DNA of 64,000 bases. Source: a phage. The stretch lies in sequence record PZ379075.1, one strand, 5' to 3'. Position 1 is the stretch's first letter. The number at the start of each line of letters is the position of its first letter. The translations under genes and the position numbers were made by a program. Positions 48,556 through 57,853 of this stretch are shown here, piece after piece. The notes under the pieces are model-generated. The model was given only the letters and a program-made list of their open reading frames with translations, did not search any database and was not told where the DNA came from.

Positions 48556-49047
48556 TTAATATTTACCTTCGGTATAAAGATTAGCTTCTGCAACTCTTCT
48601 GTTATGAAGACCCTGACTTCTCTGCTTCTCTCCCTTGACCGTTATTTTATCCCAACGAAGAAATTCGGAATAAACATCCCCCTTAACATCTCCATTGATT
48701 ACTTTCCTTAACTTAGATGTGCTCAAAGCACCACTGCCAACGTTGAAGTTGAAAGAAGTGAGTGCATCAAACTCATGAACTAGCAAAGGAACCTTTATGT
48801 TCTTCTGAGTAGCACGAACAGAGTCTTGTGTGTCTCTATCTAGCAGAGCTAGACAATCCTCTATAGAATACGTTAATCCTTGTCTAACCGGATAACCATT
48901 CATATCACGCGTAGCCCCTACACATATAGTCCAGATACCTGCGGAATCTTTATAAGCCTTGGTTCTCATACCCTCATGCTTCATGATGAATTCCATTCCA
49001 GCTGGGCTTAAGTTTAGTTGTACAGGTGGCAATGCGGCGTTATCCAT
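48556..49047 (-). CDS. lysozyme (glycoside hydrolase family 24-like endolysin)
   Basis: MKHEGMRTKAYKDSAGIWTICVGAT matches the E-(8)-D/C-(5)-T catalytic region of T4/lambda-type lysozymes. Confidence 0.65.
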   Translation of the reverse strand: MDNAALPPVQLNLSPAGMEFIMKHEGMRTKAYKDSAGIWTICVGATRDMNGYPVRQGLTYSIEDCLALLDRDTQDSVRATQKNIKVPLLVHEFDALTSFNFNVGSGALSTSKLRKVINGDVKGDVYSEFLRWDKITVKGEKQRSQGLHNRRVAEANLYTEGKY

Positions 49048-49076
49048 TTCTAACCTCCTTTTGTGGTCCCTTTAAA

Positions 49077-49295
49077 TTAAGGTAGTATCTTTCTCAGAGC
49101 GTTAGATTCAGCATCAGGACAAATAACAACTAGATTATTTTGAATGGTTCGCTGCTTACATTGAGAACTAAGTTTCTCTACTGGAGCAGGTGCTGTAACT
49201 AATGGATGAACTGCGCTTACAGGGATTGCAGTAGATACCACGACTCCTGCACCTAAACAAACTAAACCATATACAGCTTGTTTCATCATTTTCAT
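49077..49295 (-). CDS. small membrane or secreted protein (possible holin-like)
   Basis: 72 aa; N-terminal hydrophobic segment AVYGLVCLGAGVVVSTAIPV; directly upstream of the lysozyme gene. Confidence 0.35.
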   Translation of the reverse strand: MKMMKQAVYGLVCLGAGVVVSTAIPVSAVHPLVTAPAPVEKLSSQCKQRTIQNNLVVICPDAESNALRKILP

Positions 49296-49352
49296 TTGAG
49301 TGTCTCCTATAAATTAACCTCTTGGGATATATTAGTTTCATTACCTATTCAC

Positions 49353-49374
49353 TAGTTTAACTTCTAAAAGCCCC
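49353..49374 (-). terminator. intrinsic terminator on the - strand (UUCG loop)
   Basis: + strand aaaag-ccccc-gaa-ggggc; - strand RNA gcccc-UUCG-ggggc followed by UUUUAG. Confidence 0.5.
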
Positions 49375-49389
49375 CGAAGGGGCAATCCT

Positions 49390-50409
49390 TTACTTAGCAG
49401 CCAGTTGAGCTTCTAACTCTTCTACACGCTTCAGCAAATTCTGAACAACCTGCATAGTGTCAAGTAGCATAGGAGTTGTGTCTAACTCTTTCTGCTCTTT
49501 CATAGAATCGCCGTTTCCAGTTCCGGGATACTTACGAGTCTTGACATACAGAGGTTCTACCGTCTCTGCCTGCTGTGCAATGATACCACGACGAGATCGA
49601 TTCTTCTCATCATCGTTGTAAACAAAGGATTTGAACTTCAGTCCTTTTATTACTTCAATAGCTCTTTCTGCATCAATATCAACAATGTTATGTTTCAGGT
49701 TTTCATCCGAGACGCCACTCTTTGTAGGACCACCAGAACCGCCACCACTGTTACGAAGCTGTCTCAAAGTAACTGCATCGTAATCTCCAACTGCATCAGG
49801 AACAGTTACAGGTTGAGAGAAAGTCACCTTCTGAGTAAGCTGTTTGATATCAGAGTTAATCCCTGTACGAGTAACCCCAACAGTACGTCCCTTAGAATCT
49901 TTGACATAAGAACCAATTGCAGCGAAAGGCAAATCCTCAATCTCTGGACGATACCGTTTAGAATAAACTGGATACTTAGTTTCTACTCCAGAGTCGTTCT
50001 GGTCTACTACTTGAAGACGACCAGCAGAGTGAATCTCTACCCCCTGAACGGAAGAAGCATAGCTACCAATCTTGATTGAGTTATCAGGAGTAACCTTCAT
50101 CATATCCACAGACTCTACACCATTAGCCCCAGCAGAACGGAAAGGGATGTTATTATCTACAAAAGGGTCTGCTTTGAATAAAGCACCCTCCATGATAGGC
50201 TGTATTGAATCTAAAACATAATCCTTAGATGCACCTTCTGTTTTAGTCTGATATGTAGCAGCCGCATCGGTTTTCTGTAAATACTTATCAGTCAGGTTCA
50301 CAGCTCCTGCCTGACCATCTACTGTAGAAACACCAACAACTGCCGCATCTCTAGTCACAACTACGTGAGGCATCATTATGCCAGATTTGGGCATTAATTC
50401 TCTAGACAT
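49390..50409 (-). CDS. tail fiber/spike protein with C-terminal intramolecular chaperone (peptidase S74-like) domain
   Basis: C-terminal SDENLKHNIVDIDAERAIEVIKGLKFKSFVYNDDEKNRSRRGIIAQQAETV matches the auto-cleaving chaperone domain of endosialidase/L-shaped tail fibers. Confidence 0.6.
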   Translation of the reverse strand: MSRELMPKSGIMMPHVVVTRDAAVVGVSTVDGQAGAVNLTDKYLQKTDAAATYQTKTEGASKDYVLDSIQPIMEGALFKADPFVDNNIPFRSAGANGVESVDMMKVTPDNSIKIGSYASSVQGVEIHSAGRLQVVDQNDSGVETKYPVYSKRYRPEIEDLPFAAIGSYVKDSKGRTVGVTRTGINSDIKQLTQKVTFSQPVTVPDAVGDYDAVTLRQLRNSGGGSGGPTKSGVSDENLKHNIVDIDAERAIEVIKGLKFKSFVYNDDEKNRSRRGIIAQQAETVEPLYVKTRKYPGTGNGDSMKEQKELDTTPMLLDTMQVVQNLLKRVEELEAQLAAK

Positions 50410-50420
50410 TTATTTCTCCT

Positions 50421-50440
50421 TAAAGCTCCCCGAAGGGAGC
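50421..50440 (-). terminator. hairpin (UUCG loop) after the tail fiber gene; weak U-tract
   Basis: + strand gctccc-cgaa-gggagc; on the - strand followed by UUUAAGGAG (the RBS of the next gene). Confidence 0.3.
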
Positions 50441-50449
50441 GTATATTAT

Positions 50450-53011
50450 TTACTTAACTGGCATCTCTACACGAACTGAGATAAAAGCATCACTTGGAAT
50501 ATCAATAGGATCTCCATCAGAAAAACCTTCTATCTCATTTCTAGCAAAAACTGGAGAGGTCGGGTGAGTTCTGTGATAGGTTTTAACTAAAATAGAACCA
50601 TCCTCTTTAACCTTATAATCTAACCAAATTCTAGGCTGCTTGTTGCGGTCTACAGGGATTTCAAACCCACCATCCACCCCACCCCAACTAGCGTCTACGT
50701 TTAAACCAAGGCAACCAGTAATCAAATATTCACCAATACCTTGCCGAATGACACTAACCCCCTCAGACTCATCATTCGTTTCATATCGACCGTCAGAGTA
50801 AACTTTAACTATCGGAGATGCCGCTTTGATGAATCCATTTACATCAACAGTGGTATTTTTGTCTGTGAGACACTGAACATATTTTGTTGTCCCATCTGCA
50901 ACTTTTATCGCGTAAATTACACGACCATACCCTGAGGCCGCACCACCAACCCCTGCGTATGACACAGCGTGAGCAATCCAGAAGTTAGTATCCTCTGGCT
51001 GCATATACCAATAGCAGTTAAACATGTCTACAGTAAACATGCCATTCCCGGCGACGTGCTGGACTCGAGCACCAGTACCACCTGTACCTGTATTTGCTGG
51101 AGTGTTGCTCAATGCTCCAATATTTCTCAGAGCACCATCAGCATCTGTTGCCCCGGTTCCCCCTCTTCCAACTGACAAAGCTACATCACCAGCTAATCCA
51201 GATATGGTACGGTAACACCCCCATCCGTTATTATCGACAAACATGTAAGTTTCTTTATTCGGAGAAAAGATTTTAGTCTCCACAGAACTTTGTTCTACTC
51301 TGTCTACTCCTAAATTAGACTTAGCACCCGCAGCAGTGCTAGCACCTGTACCGCCATTTGCCACTGGAATATTATCTAGTGTAGAAACAGAACCAAGTCC
51401 TAAATTAGATCTGGCGTCACTGGCATTCTTCGCCCCTGTACCGCCATTTGCCACTGGAATATTATCTAGTGTAGAAACAGAACCAAGTCCTAAATTAGAT
51501 CTGGCGTCACTGGCATTCTTCGCCCCTGTTCCACCCTGAGTAACAGACAGTGCTGTCGTAAGTCCAGTCATAGATGTTATATCAGAGTTTGCACCAGCAG
51601 CAGCAGCACCTAATATAGACCTGGAGATATTGACGTTACCTGTAGTTTCATCAGGAGCTTGGTTGTTTACAGTGACTACATAAGGAACCTGAGACTGAAC
51701 CCCACCTTTGTAATTAGCATCTTTACTAGAATCAGGGGAGCGAATAGCCTCACCACCTGTCCAATCTGGAAGACGTATATTAATGAAGTTAGTGGCATCC
51801 GCATCAGTTACACCATCAGTGAGTTTACCCCAAGAGAAATACTGACGAGCACCAGCTTGCCACTCTGTTTCAGAGACCACAGGAAGCTGACCACTGACTA
51901 GAGATGGGCCTAAGTCTAGAGCAGACTCTTTTGACACCAAACGACCATCGGCAGGAAGAACCCCCGGATATGAGATATTCTTCGTTGGGTCGTAAGGAAA
52001 CATTACCATCTCGCCAAGATACAGAGATGGGTTTCCTGTTGGAATGGTAATGTCAATGTTACCACTAGAGTCTGGAGAACGGGAGTTAACGGTAAGGATT
52101 CTACCTTCAGTTTTAACAGGAGTTAGTGTTTTGTTAGCAGCAACCGTATAGAATTCATACTTAGTAGCTTCCCAAACTAAGACCTGCTCTCCAACTTGAC
52201 GGTACTGAGCATCAGCATCAGCTTCTGCTTTTGATTGGTATGTCTTGGTAGTTTTGTCAAACTTGTCATTAATCTCTTGACGGCTGTATTGAGCAACGTT
52301 CAGAACATTCCCTAAACCTACTGTCTCTTTGTTAAACGTTAGAGCAACCTCTCCATCAAGAGCTGGACCCCCATTAACAGAAACAGAACGAACAACAGAT
52401 GGGATTAAGTTAGCAATGTTCTCTAGAGTGGTTTTGTGGACAGTATTGTCATCTTTGTCAACATAGAAACCTAAGTCACCTAACTCTGGAACACCGGTAG
52501 GTGCTGTATCTAAATCCTTAACAGAACCATCCTTTCCGGGATCACCTTCTGGAATACCTAAAGAGATTACACCAGTGGTCGGATTAAAAGAACCAGTAGC
52601 CGGAGTTCCCGGAGGAAGTGTAGTTACGTCAACGGACATTCCTAACAGAATATCAAGCTGATTCTGAACTTCAATAAGTTTCTGATTAATGAGAGCAACA
52701 GCATTGTTAGCATCAGAGACTGCTGCGTTAGTTTGAGCAATCAAGCTCATCAGACGAGCATCTTGATCTATAAAATCCTGCTTAAGATCTTCGATATCCT
52801 GCTTCATCAGAATACCTTGTTGATACAGACGTTCTACTTCAGCAATCAAATCATCAATCGTACCAAACTTAGACTCCGCTAGCAGTGCCCAATATTTGGA
52901 GTCAGCTGCGTATTCTGCTGCTTGCTTATAAGCTCCGATAGAGCCTTCAGTAGCACCAAACTGCCCAACGTTATTCACTGCATCAGGTGCTTGGTTATTA
53001 TAAACGATCAT
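50450..53011 (-). CDS. tail fiber protein with phage-fiber repeats
   Basis: 853 aa; N-terminal coiled coil; repeated GGTGAKNASDARSNLGLGS units typical of phage tail fiber repeat motifs. Confidence 0.7.
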   Translation of the reverse strand: MIVYNNQAPDAVNNVGQFGATEGSIGAYKQAAEYAADSKYWALLAESKFGTIDDLIAEVERLYQQGILMKQDIEDLKQDFIDQDARLMSLIAQTNAAVSDANNAVALINQKLIEVQNQLDILLGMSVDVTTLPPGTPATGSFNPTTGVISLGIPEGDPGKDGSVKDLDTAPTGVPELGDLGFYVDKDDNTVHKTTLENIANLIPSVVRSVSVNGGPALDGEVALTFNKETVGLGNVLNVAQYSRQEINDKFDKTTKTYQSKAEADADAQYRQVGEQVLVWEATKYEFYTVAANKTLTPVKTEGRILTVNSRSPDSSGNIDITIPTGNPSLYLGEMVMFPYDPTKNISYPGVLPADGRLVSKESALDLGPSLVSGQLPVVSETEWQAGARQYFSWGKLTDGVTDADATNFINIRLPDWTGGEAIRSPDSSKDANYKGGVQSQVPYVVTVNNQAPDETTGNVNISRSILGAAAAGANSDITSMTGLTTALSVTQGGTGAKNASDARSNLGLGSVSTLDNIPVANGGTGAKNASDARSNLGLGSVSTLDNIPVANGGTGASTAAGAKSNLGVDRVEQSSVETKIFSPNKETYMFVDNNGWGCYRTISGLAGDVALSVGRGGTGATDADGALRNIGALSNTPANTGTGGTGARVQHVAGNGMFTVDMFNCYWYMQPEDTNFWIAHAVSYAGVGGAASGYGRVIYAIKVADGTTKYVQCLTDKNTTVDVNGFIKAASPIVKVYSDGRYETNDESEGVSVIRQGIGEYLITGCLGLNVDASWGGVDGGFEIPVDRNKQPRIWLDYKVKEDGSILVKTYHRTHPTSPVFARNEIEGFSDGDPIDIPSDAFISVRVEMPVK
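51345..51524 (-). repeat. perfect 90-bp tandem duplication (2 copies) inside the tail fiber gene
   Basis: Identical 90-nt unit at 51345-51434 and 51435-51524, encoding the 30-aa repeat GAKNASDARSNLGLGSVSTLDNIPVANGGT twice; a third, diverged copy follows. Confidence 0.85.
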
Positions 53012-53020
53012 ATTATCTCC

Positions 53021-53770
53021 TTATACACGAGAAGTACGAATACCATAAATATCAGGCAGGCTGCTCTGAAGTCGAGTCATGTTATTCGGAATTGCGATAG
53101 GTGAACCTGAGTACTCTTGTTTCTTATTCTGCTCTACCATTTCATCAAGGATAGCTTTTCCTAATGCTGACCATTTCTGAACACCATTATCATCTTGAAC
53201 AAACAAGCAAGCATGACGTAGTGTGAAGTACAGAAGAAGTTCTGGTGCGATAGTAAGAATAGCACTAGTGTCTGTATCTTCGTGGAATTCCGGTGGATCT
53301 GCATAATAACTGAGAATCACTGAGTTTTCTGCTGGAATCAAAGGGCTTCCATCATCAGGATAAACAGGAGTATCTGCTTCAATACTAGGGTAGAAAATGA
53401 AACGACTCCCGAAACGAGCAAAGTTAACAGGTTGGTTATTCCAGTGAGATGGATTAACTGTTCCATGCTGTCTACGATAGCTAATCTCTTCAGGAGATGT
53501 TACTTGGAAGATTGCACCATCTTTGGCTCTCATCATCCATTGAGCTTCTAAGTAATCAGGAGGAATATAAGCCACTCCATCTTTGATATCTAAATACACT
53601 TCTTTTTCCAGAGGAGGGATTCGTAAGTTACGATAAATCTCTTTCTCTGCAAAGTTAATAAAGTTTGGAATTTGATTAACAAATTCATCATCGTCCCTAT
53701 CTGCCCAGAGGGCCACGGCCTTCTTTAGCCACCCATAGGTATTGATGGGGTATTGAACTTCAGGCAACAT
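53021..53770 (-). CDS. hypothetical structural protein
   Basis: Start moved to the internal ATG at 53770, preceded by GGAGGT; the track start 53797 lacks an RBS. Confidence 0.5.
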   Translation of the reverse strand: MLPEVQYPINTYGWLKKAVALWADRDDDEFVNQIPNFINFAEKEIYRNLRIPPLEKEVYLDIKDGVAYIPPDYLEAQWMMRAKDGAIFQVTSPEEISYRRQHGTVNPSHWNNQPVNFARFGSRFIFYPSIEADTPVYPDDGSPLIPAENSVILSYYADPPEFHEDTDTSAILTIAPELLLYFTLRHACLFVQDDNGVQKWSALGKAILDEMVEQNKKQEYSGSPIAIPNNMTRLQSSLPDIYGIRTSRV

Positions 53771-54272
53771 AGGATACCTCCTTCCAGTTTGTGCCATTGA
53801 TTATTAGGCTTATTGTGCTTGAAGAGACTCCAAACTTCCTAGCTAAAGCTCTAGCTCCGAACTGTCTGTCCCTCGGTTTATAGTTCTCTAAACAGAAAAG
53901 AACTTGTTCTTTAGTAAGTTTGGAATTAGGATTATCCTCAAGATTTCTTGGTGTTGAGAGTTTTGTTTCATAAGCATGTACACAGTTTTCTTGTTGAGTA
54001 CACCACTCTAGATTCTCAATCCTGTTATCATCTTTTATTCCATTCTTATGGTTGACATAATCCTTCCCTTCTACCTTAGGAAGAAAAAGTTCAGCTATGA
54101 CCCTATGCTCTAAATATGATTTCTTTTTAAAAGTCACTTTACGATAACCTCTGTCGCCAATACACCCGGCACGTTGTCCTTTCTGCTTATTAAAGATGTT
54201 ACTCATAGACCAGAAAAGATGCCCTGTATTTGGATCATAGGTAAAAGCTTCTCTGAAATCAGGCATTGCCAT
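53760..54272 (-). CDS. HNH homing endonuclease
   Basis: YVNHKNGIKDDNRIENLEWCTQQENCVHA (HNH_3-type motif) plus C-terminal HTH-like region; AGGAGG RBS; free-standing between structural genes. Confidence 0.65.
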   Translation of the reverse strand: MAMPDFREAFTYDPNTGHLFWSMSNIFNKQKGQRAGCIGDRGYRKVTFKKKSYLEHRVIAELFLPKVEGKDYVNHKNGIKDDNRIENLEWCTQQENCVHAYETKLSTPRNLEDNPNSKLTKEQVLFCLENYKPRDRQFGARALARKFGVSSSTISLIINGTNWKEVSYVA

Positions 54273-54340
54273 AGTGTGTCCTCCTAGTTATGTATAGACA
54301 AAGAGAATACATTACATTTCTCCTTATAAGGGTCTTAAAC

Positions 54341-54365
54341 GAGAAAACCCCGCCCGAAGGCAGGG
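54341..54365 (-). terminator. intrinsic terminator on the - strand (UUCG loop)
   Basis: - strand RNA ccctgcc-UUCG-ggcgggg followed by UUUUCUCGUUU; directly after the stop of the Ig-like gene. Confidence 0.55.
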
Positions 54366-54374
54366 TAAGGGTTA

Positions 54375-55400
54375 TTACGGCTTAGGTGTTACATTGGTTA
54401 AATTGAAAGTAGAAGTAACAGAGGTTTTAATTTTGTGAGTAGCTTTAATAGTTACAGCACCACTGGCTGTGTCAGCCAAGGTCAGTAACCCAGAAGTATT
54501 CACTGTACCAGCTTCTGTCGGAGTGACTACAAAGTTGTAATCAGATGCCGCAGAGTTAGTTACTGTAAACATATCAGCAAACGCGAGTGTATCACCGCCC
54601 ACTTTGTCCGCAACGGTAGCTTTAGCCACGATGGTTGGAAGAGGGGTTACGCCATTAATATTAGCAGTTGCAGTAACAGAGGTTACCGTCTTGTGAGTAG
54701 CTTTAACAGTTACGTTACCGCTAGCCGTACCAGCTAAAGTGAGCTGACCAGCAGCATTCACTGTACCAGCAGCAGATGGAGTTACTACAAAATTATAGTC
54801 ACTAGCAGCTGAGCGTTGAACAGTAAACATATCTGTAAAAGCGACACTGTCTCCACCAGATTTTCCAGTAATAGCAGCTTTAGCTACAATAGTTGGAGGC
54901 TGAGGGTTGACAACAATATTAATCACTTTAGTGACAGAAGGTTTAGTAGAGGATTTAACTGTAAGAGTAGTGCTACCTGCTGCAACAGCAGTTACACGAC
55001 CAGCAGCTGTTACCGTAGCCTTAGTCTGATCTGCAATTTCCCAGGTAACACCTTGAGGTGCACCAGCAGGAGATACAGAAGCAGTCAGGTTGGTAGCATC
55101 TGGAACAGTTATGGTGAGAGTATCACCAGTTAGACCACCACCAGTTACAGCAATGGAAGCTGGGTCAGGGATTGGAGCTTTAATTTCCGAGATAACGGCA
55201 GTGCCTGATACACCTTTAAGAGTAGCAGTCACTGTAATATCAGCGGTTTGAGGCGAACCCGGAGCAGTGAACAGCCCAGAAACAGAAATAGCCCCACCAC
55301 CGGCTACTGACCAATCGAAGCCTGTAGTAGATGTGGAGCCATCGCTTAGTTCTGCTTCAGCTGTAAACTGTTGGGTAGCCCCGGTCAGCAGACTTGCCAC
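54375..55400 (-). CDS. Ig-like domain structural protein (putative capsid decoration or head fiber)
   Basis: 341 aa; two internal repeats of about 85 aa (PTIVAKA...DMFTV..SAASDYNFVVTP...VTVKATHK); directly downstream of the major capsid gene and followed by a terminator. Confidence 0.5.
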   Translation of the reverse strand: MASLLTGATQQFTAEAELSDGSTSTTGFDWSVAGGGAISVSGLFTAPGSPQTADITVTATLKGVSGTAVISEIKAPIPDPASIAVTGGGLTGDTLTITVPDATNLTASVSPAGAPQGVTWEIADQTKATVTAAGRVTAVAAGSTTLTVKSSTKPSVTKVINIVVNPQPPTIVAKAAITGKSGGDSVAFTDMFTVQRSAASDYNFVVTPSAAGTVNAAGQLTLAGTASGNVTVKATHKTVTSVTATANINGVTPLPTIVAKATVADKVGGDTLAFADMFTVTNSAASDYNFVVTPTEAGTVNTSGLLTLADTASGAVTIKATHKIKTSVTSTFNLTNVTPKP

Positions 55401-55432
55401 TGACGCAGGACTAACAGTTACGCTGTCAACTG

Positions 55433-56491
55433 TTACGCCCCCGCCTTTCCCGCAGCGGTGAACAGTACACCAGAAGCATACGGGTTGCGGTGACGCAGAC
55501 CAACTTCCATTTCAATCATCCACTTCTCGTAAGAACCATCTTTTGCTAGTTCAGTACGTTTCGGAGCACGCAGAACCATCTGAGTCCAGTCAGCGCTACG
55601 GAAGAAGTAAACTGCATCGGTAGGCATCCAACGGTTAACGATGATTTTGTAGCTCTGGCCCAGCGGGTCAGTGATGCTATTAACTTCGTAGATGAACTGC
55701 TTGGTGTTCTCAAAGATACGCTTACGTGAACCCTGAGTATTTTCTTGCAGACCAGCGAAGATCTTAGCATGAGCCGGGTTAATCATGATGATATCTGCTT
55801 CAGAACCAGCGGTATACAGTTGCAGAGTCATATCAAAGATATCAGCTTCGTCGAAACCAATGTTAGTGGTCGGGTTAGAAGCATTCTGTGCAACTTTAAC
55901 AGTCACTGCACCAGTATCCGGGTCAGCAGGACCATTCTTGGTCTTGTCAACAACGCCACCAGCCAGACCACCGTGAGCACACAGGAACTGGAATGCACCA
56001 GTCTTACGAGCTGCATGGGTGTCATTCAGACCAACAACAGCAGGATCAGTTGCAGAGTTAGTCAGATACTGGTCAGCCAGAACGTCGGTACGAGCCTGAC
56101 CGGACAGAAGGATTTTCTCGAGGTCACGCTTGATCTCTTTACCTTTCTTCTCCAGCTGATACATCAGTTCACGACCACGACCGTAGTTAGCGGTGGTGTT
56201 AGCAGTATCAGAAACACGAACAACCTTACGCAGAATCTGAGTAACGTTAGATTTGATAACAGTCGGTTTCATTTCACCGTCTTCAGCACGAGAGCCTTCG
56301 ACGTGTGCGTTATTACCGTCAACGCTTGCCAGTGCATCGGTCTGCCAGCTAAAGATAGTCTGGTTGATAGACTCTTTACCGGTCATAGATACGAACGGGG
56401 TATCCTGAGGGGACAGAACAGAAATCCAGTTAGCAAAAGAAAGTTTTTTACCATTCTGGTCATACGATACAAATAAAGTTGGATTAGCCAT
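55433..56491 (-). CDS. major capsid protein
   Basis: 352 aa, positioned after the scaffold gene; composition and size typical of HK97-fold coat proteins. Confidence 0.65.
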   Translation of the reverse strand: MANPTLFVSYDQNGKKLSFANWISVLSPQDTPFVSMTGKESINQTIFSWQTDALASVDGNNAHVEGSRAEDGEMKPTVIKSNVTQILRKVVRVSDTANTTANYGRGRELMYQLEKKGKEIKRDLEKILLSGQARTDVLADQYLTNSATDPAVVGLNDTHAARKTGAFQFLCAHGGLAGGVVDKTKNGPADPDTGAVTVKVAQNASNPTTNIGFDEADIFDMTLQLYTAGSEADIIMINPAHAKIFAGLQENTQGSRKRIFENTKQFIYEVNSITDPLGQSYKIIVNRWMPTDAVYFFRSADWTQMVLRAPKRTELAKDGSYEKWMIEMEVGLRHRNPYASGVLFTAAGKAGA

Positions 56492-56531
56492 GTTATGTTA
56501 GCTCCTATACTATTAATAATTAATTTGTCGA

Positions 56532-57608
56532 TTAATCTACGAGGAATTTGAATGCGTCTTCGTGACTAACGCGACCCTCTGCGAATGCCTTGGCAACCTT
56601 AGCGTTGTCGGGCTTATTGGAAGTGCGAGACTTTGCAGCATCAGACTTCACAACCTTGCGTGGAGCACCGGGACGTTTAATCTTAGCCATCACCTGTTGC
56701 TTACCTTTATCAAATTGGTATGCTTTATGGAGAGCTAGGAAAATAGACGGACGGTTTTCCTTCAATACTTCTTCTTCAGTAGCACCTAAGTCAATTGCGT
56801 ATTGCATTAAGTTTTGATATAAGTTTTCATCCCAATTTGGAATCTCGCGTTTCAGAATATTAACACATTCAATACTCTTGGCTTGGAAAGCTTCCTGCTC
56901 TTTAGCTGCTGCTTCCTGCTTAATACGGACCTGAGCCTGTTCAAGCTGTTGACGGCGAGCTGTGTACTTCTCTAGGAAACGTTTGTTTTCAACATATGCT
57001 TGAGGATCTTCTACTGCAAGCTTGTCCCAATCAAAACCGTTATAATCTTCAATTACTCGGTCTGCTTCTAAAGACGCTAGTTCTAATACATCCTTCAAAC
57101 CTACTACACGTTCCTCGAATGCTTCCATATGACGCTGAAGAGTTGATTCTCGTTCTGTCATATCAGCACCAGTAAGATAGCCATTAGAAAGTTCTTCAAT
57201 AGTCATCTCACGTCCATCAGGAAGGGTGATAACGGTTTCGTAGTCTACATCAAAGACTTCACCTTCACCGTCAGCAGAATCATCTTCATACTCTGCATCG
57301 CTTGAATCTTCTTCCTCTTGTTCTTCTGCTTCAGAGGATTCGTCTTCATCTTCTTCGACTTCGCCTTCCTCTTCACGATCTTCCCAACCATCTTCATCTT
57401 CGAACTTAAGCTCATCGCTTTCACCGAGAAGGTCGGTATCAAAGTCGAAATCGTCACCGTCTTTTTCCGGGAACTCATCGTCAATGTCCACTTCTGGTTC
57501 TTGTTCAGATTCTAATCGACCGAGTTCTTCTTTGAAAGAACCTTTCAGGTCATCCAGTTGGAGGAAAGATTTAAAATCGTTCGGGTCAATATAATTATCT
57601 TGTGGCAT
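56532..57608 (-). CDS. scaffolding protein
   Basis: 358 aa, extremely acidic N-terminal half (EEEGEVEEDEDESSEAEEQEEEDSSD) and helical C-terminal half; between portal and capsid. Confidence 0.6.
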   Translation of the reverse strand: MPQDNYIDPNDFKSFLQLDDLKGSFKEELGRLESEQEPEVDIDDEFPEKDGDDFDFDTDLLGESDELKFEDEDGWEDREEEGEVEEDEDESSEAEEQEEEDSSDAEYEDDSADGEGEVFDVDYETVITLPDGREMTIEELSNGYLTGADMTERESTLQRHMEAFEERVVGLKDVLELASLEADRVIEDYNGFDWDKLAVEDPQAYVENKRFLEKYTARRQQLEQAQVRIKQEAAAKEQEAFQAKSIECVNILKREIPNWDENLYQNLMQYAIDLGATEEEVLKENRPSIFLALHKAYQFDKGKQQVMAKIKRPGAPRKVVKSDAAKSRTSNKPDNAKVAKAFAEGRVSHEDAFKFLVD

Positions 57609-57844
57609 TATGAAACATCTCCTGCACTATTGATAGCAGCTTTTATGACCTCTTTTAAGCTACCAACCATTTTATACTTTTGATAACAATCTTCGCGTTT
57701 CTTATTCTCATGAGGTTCTGTTTGAACTATCTCTGTCATGAGTCTTTCTTTCAATGCCTCTAATGCTGCGTCAAGACTGCCGTTAAGGTTGAGAGCCGCC
57801 AAAGCGGCGGCGTGCTCTTTATTAAATTGATGTCTAATGTTCAT
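57608..57844 (-). CDS. hypothetical protein
   Basis: 78-aa ORF between portal and scaffold genes. Confidence 0.45.
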   Translation of the reverse strand: MNIRHQFNKEHAAALAALNLNGSLDAALEALKERLMTEIVQTEPHENKKREDCYQKYKMVGSLKEVIKAAINSAGDVS

Positions 57845-57853
57845 TCGACGTCC

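Noticed and set aside
51336-51539. Direct repeats that could look like a CRISPR array
   Set aside because: Only two perfect 90-bp copies with no spacers, lying inside the tail fiber coding frame and encoding a protein repeat; not a CRISPR.
55745-56476. 243-aa + strand ORF
   Set aside because: Entirely antisense to the major capsid gene; the - strand frame carries the coat-protein-like sequence.
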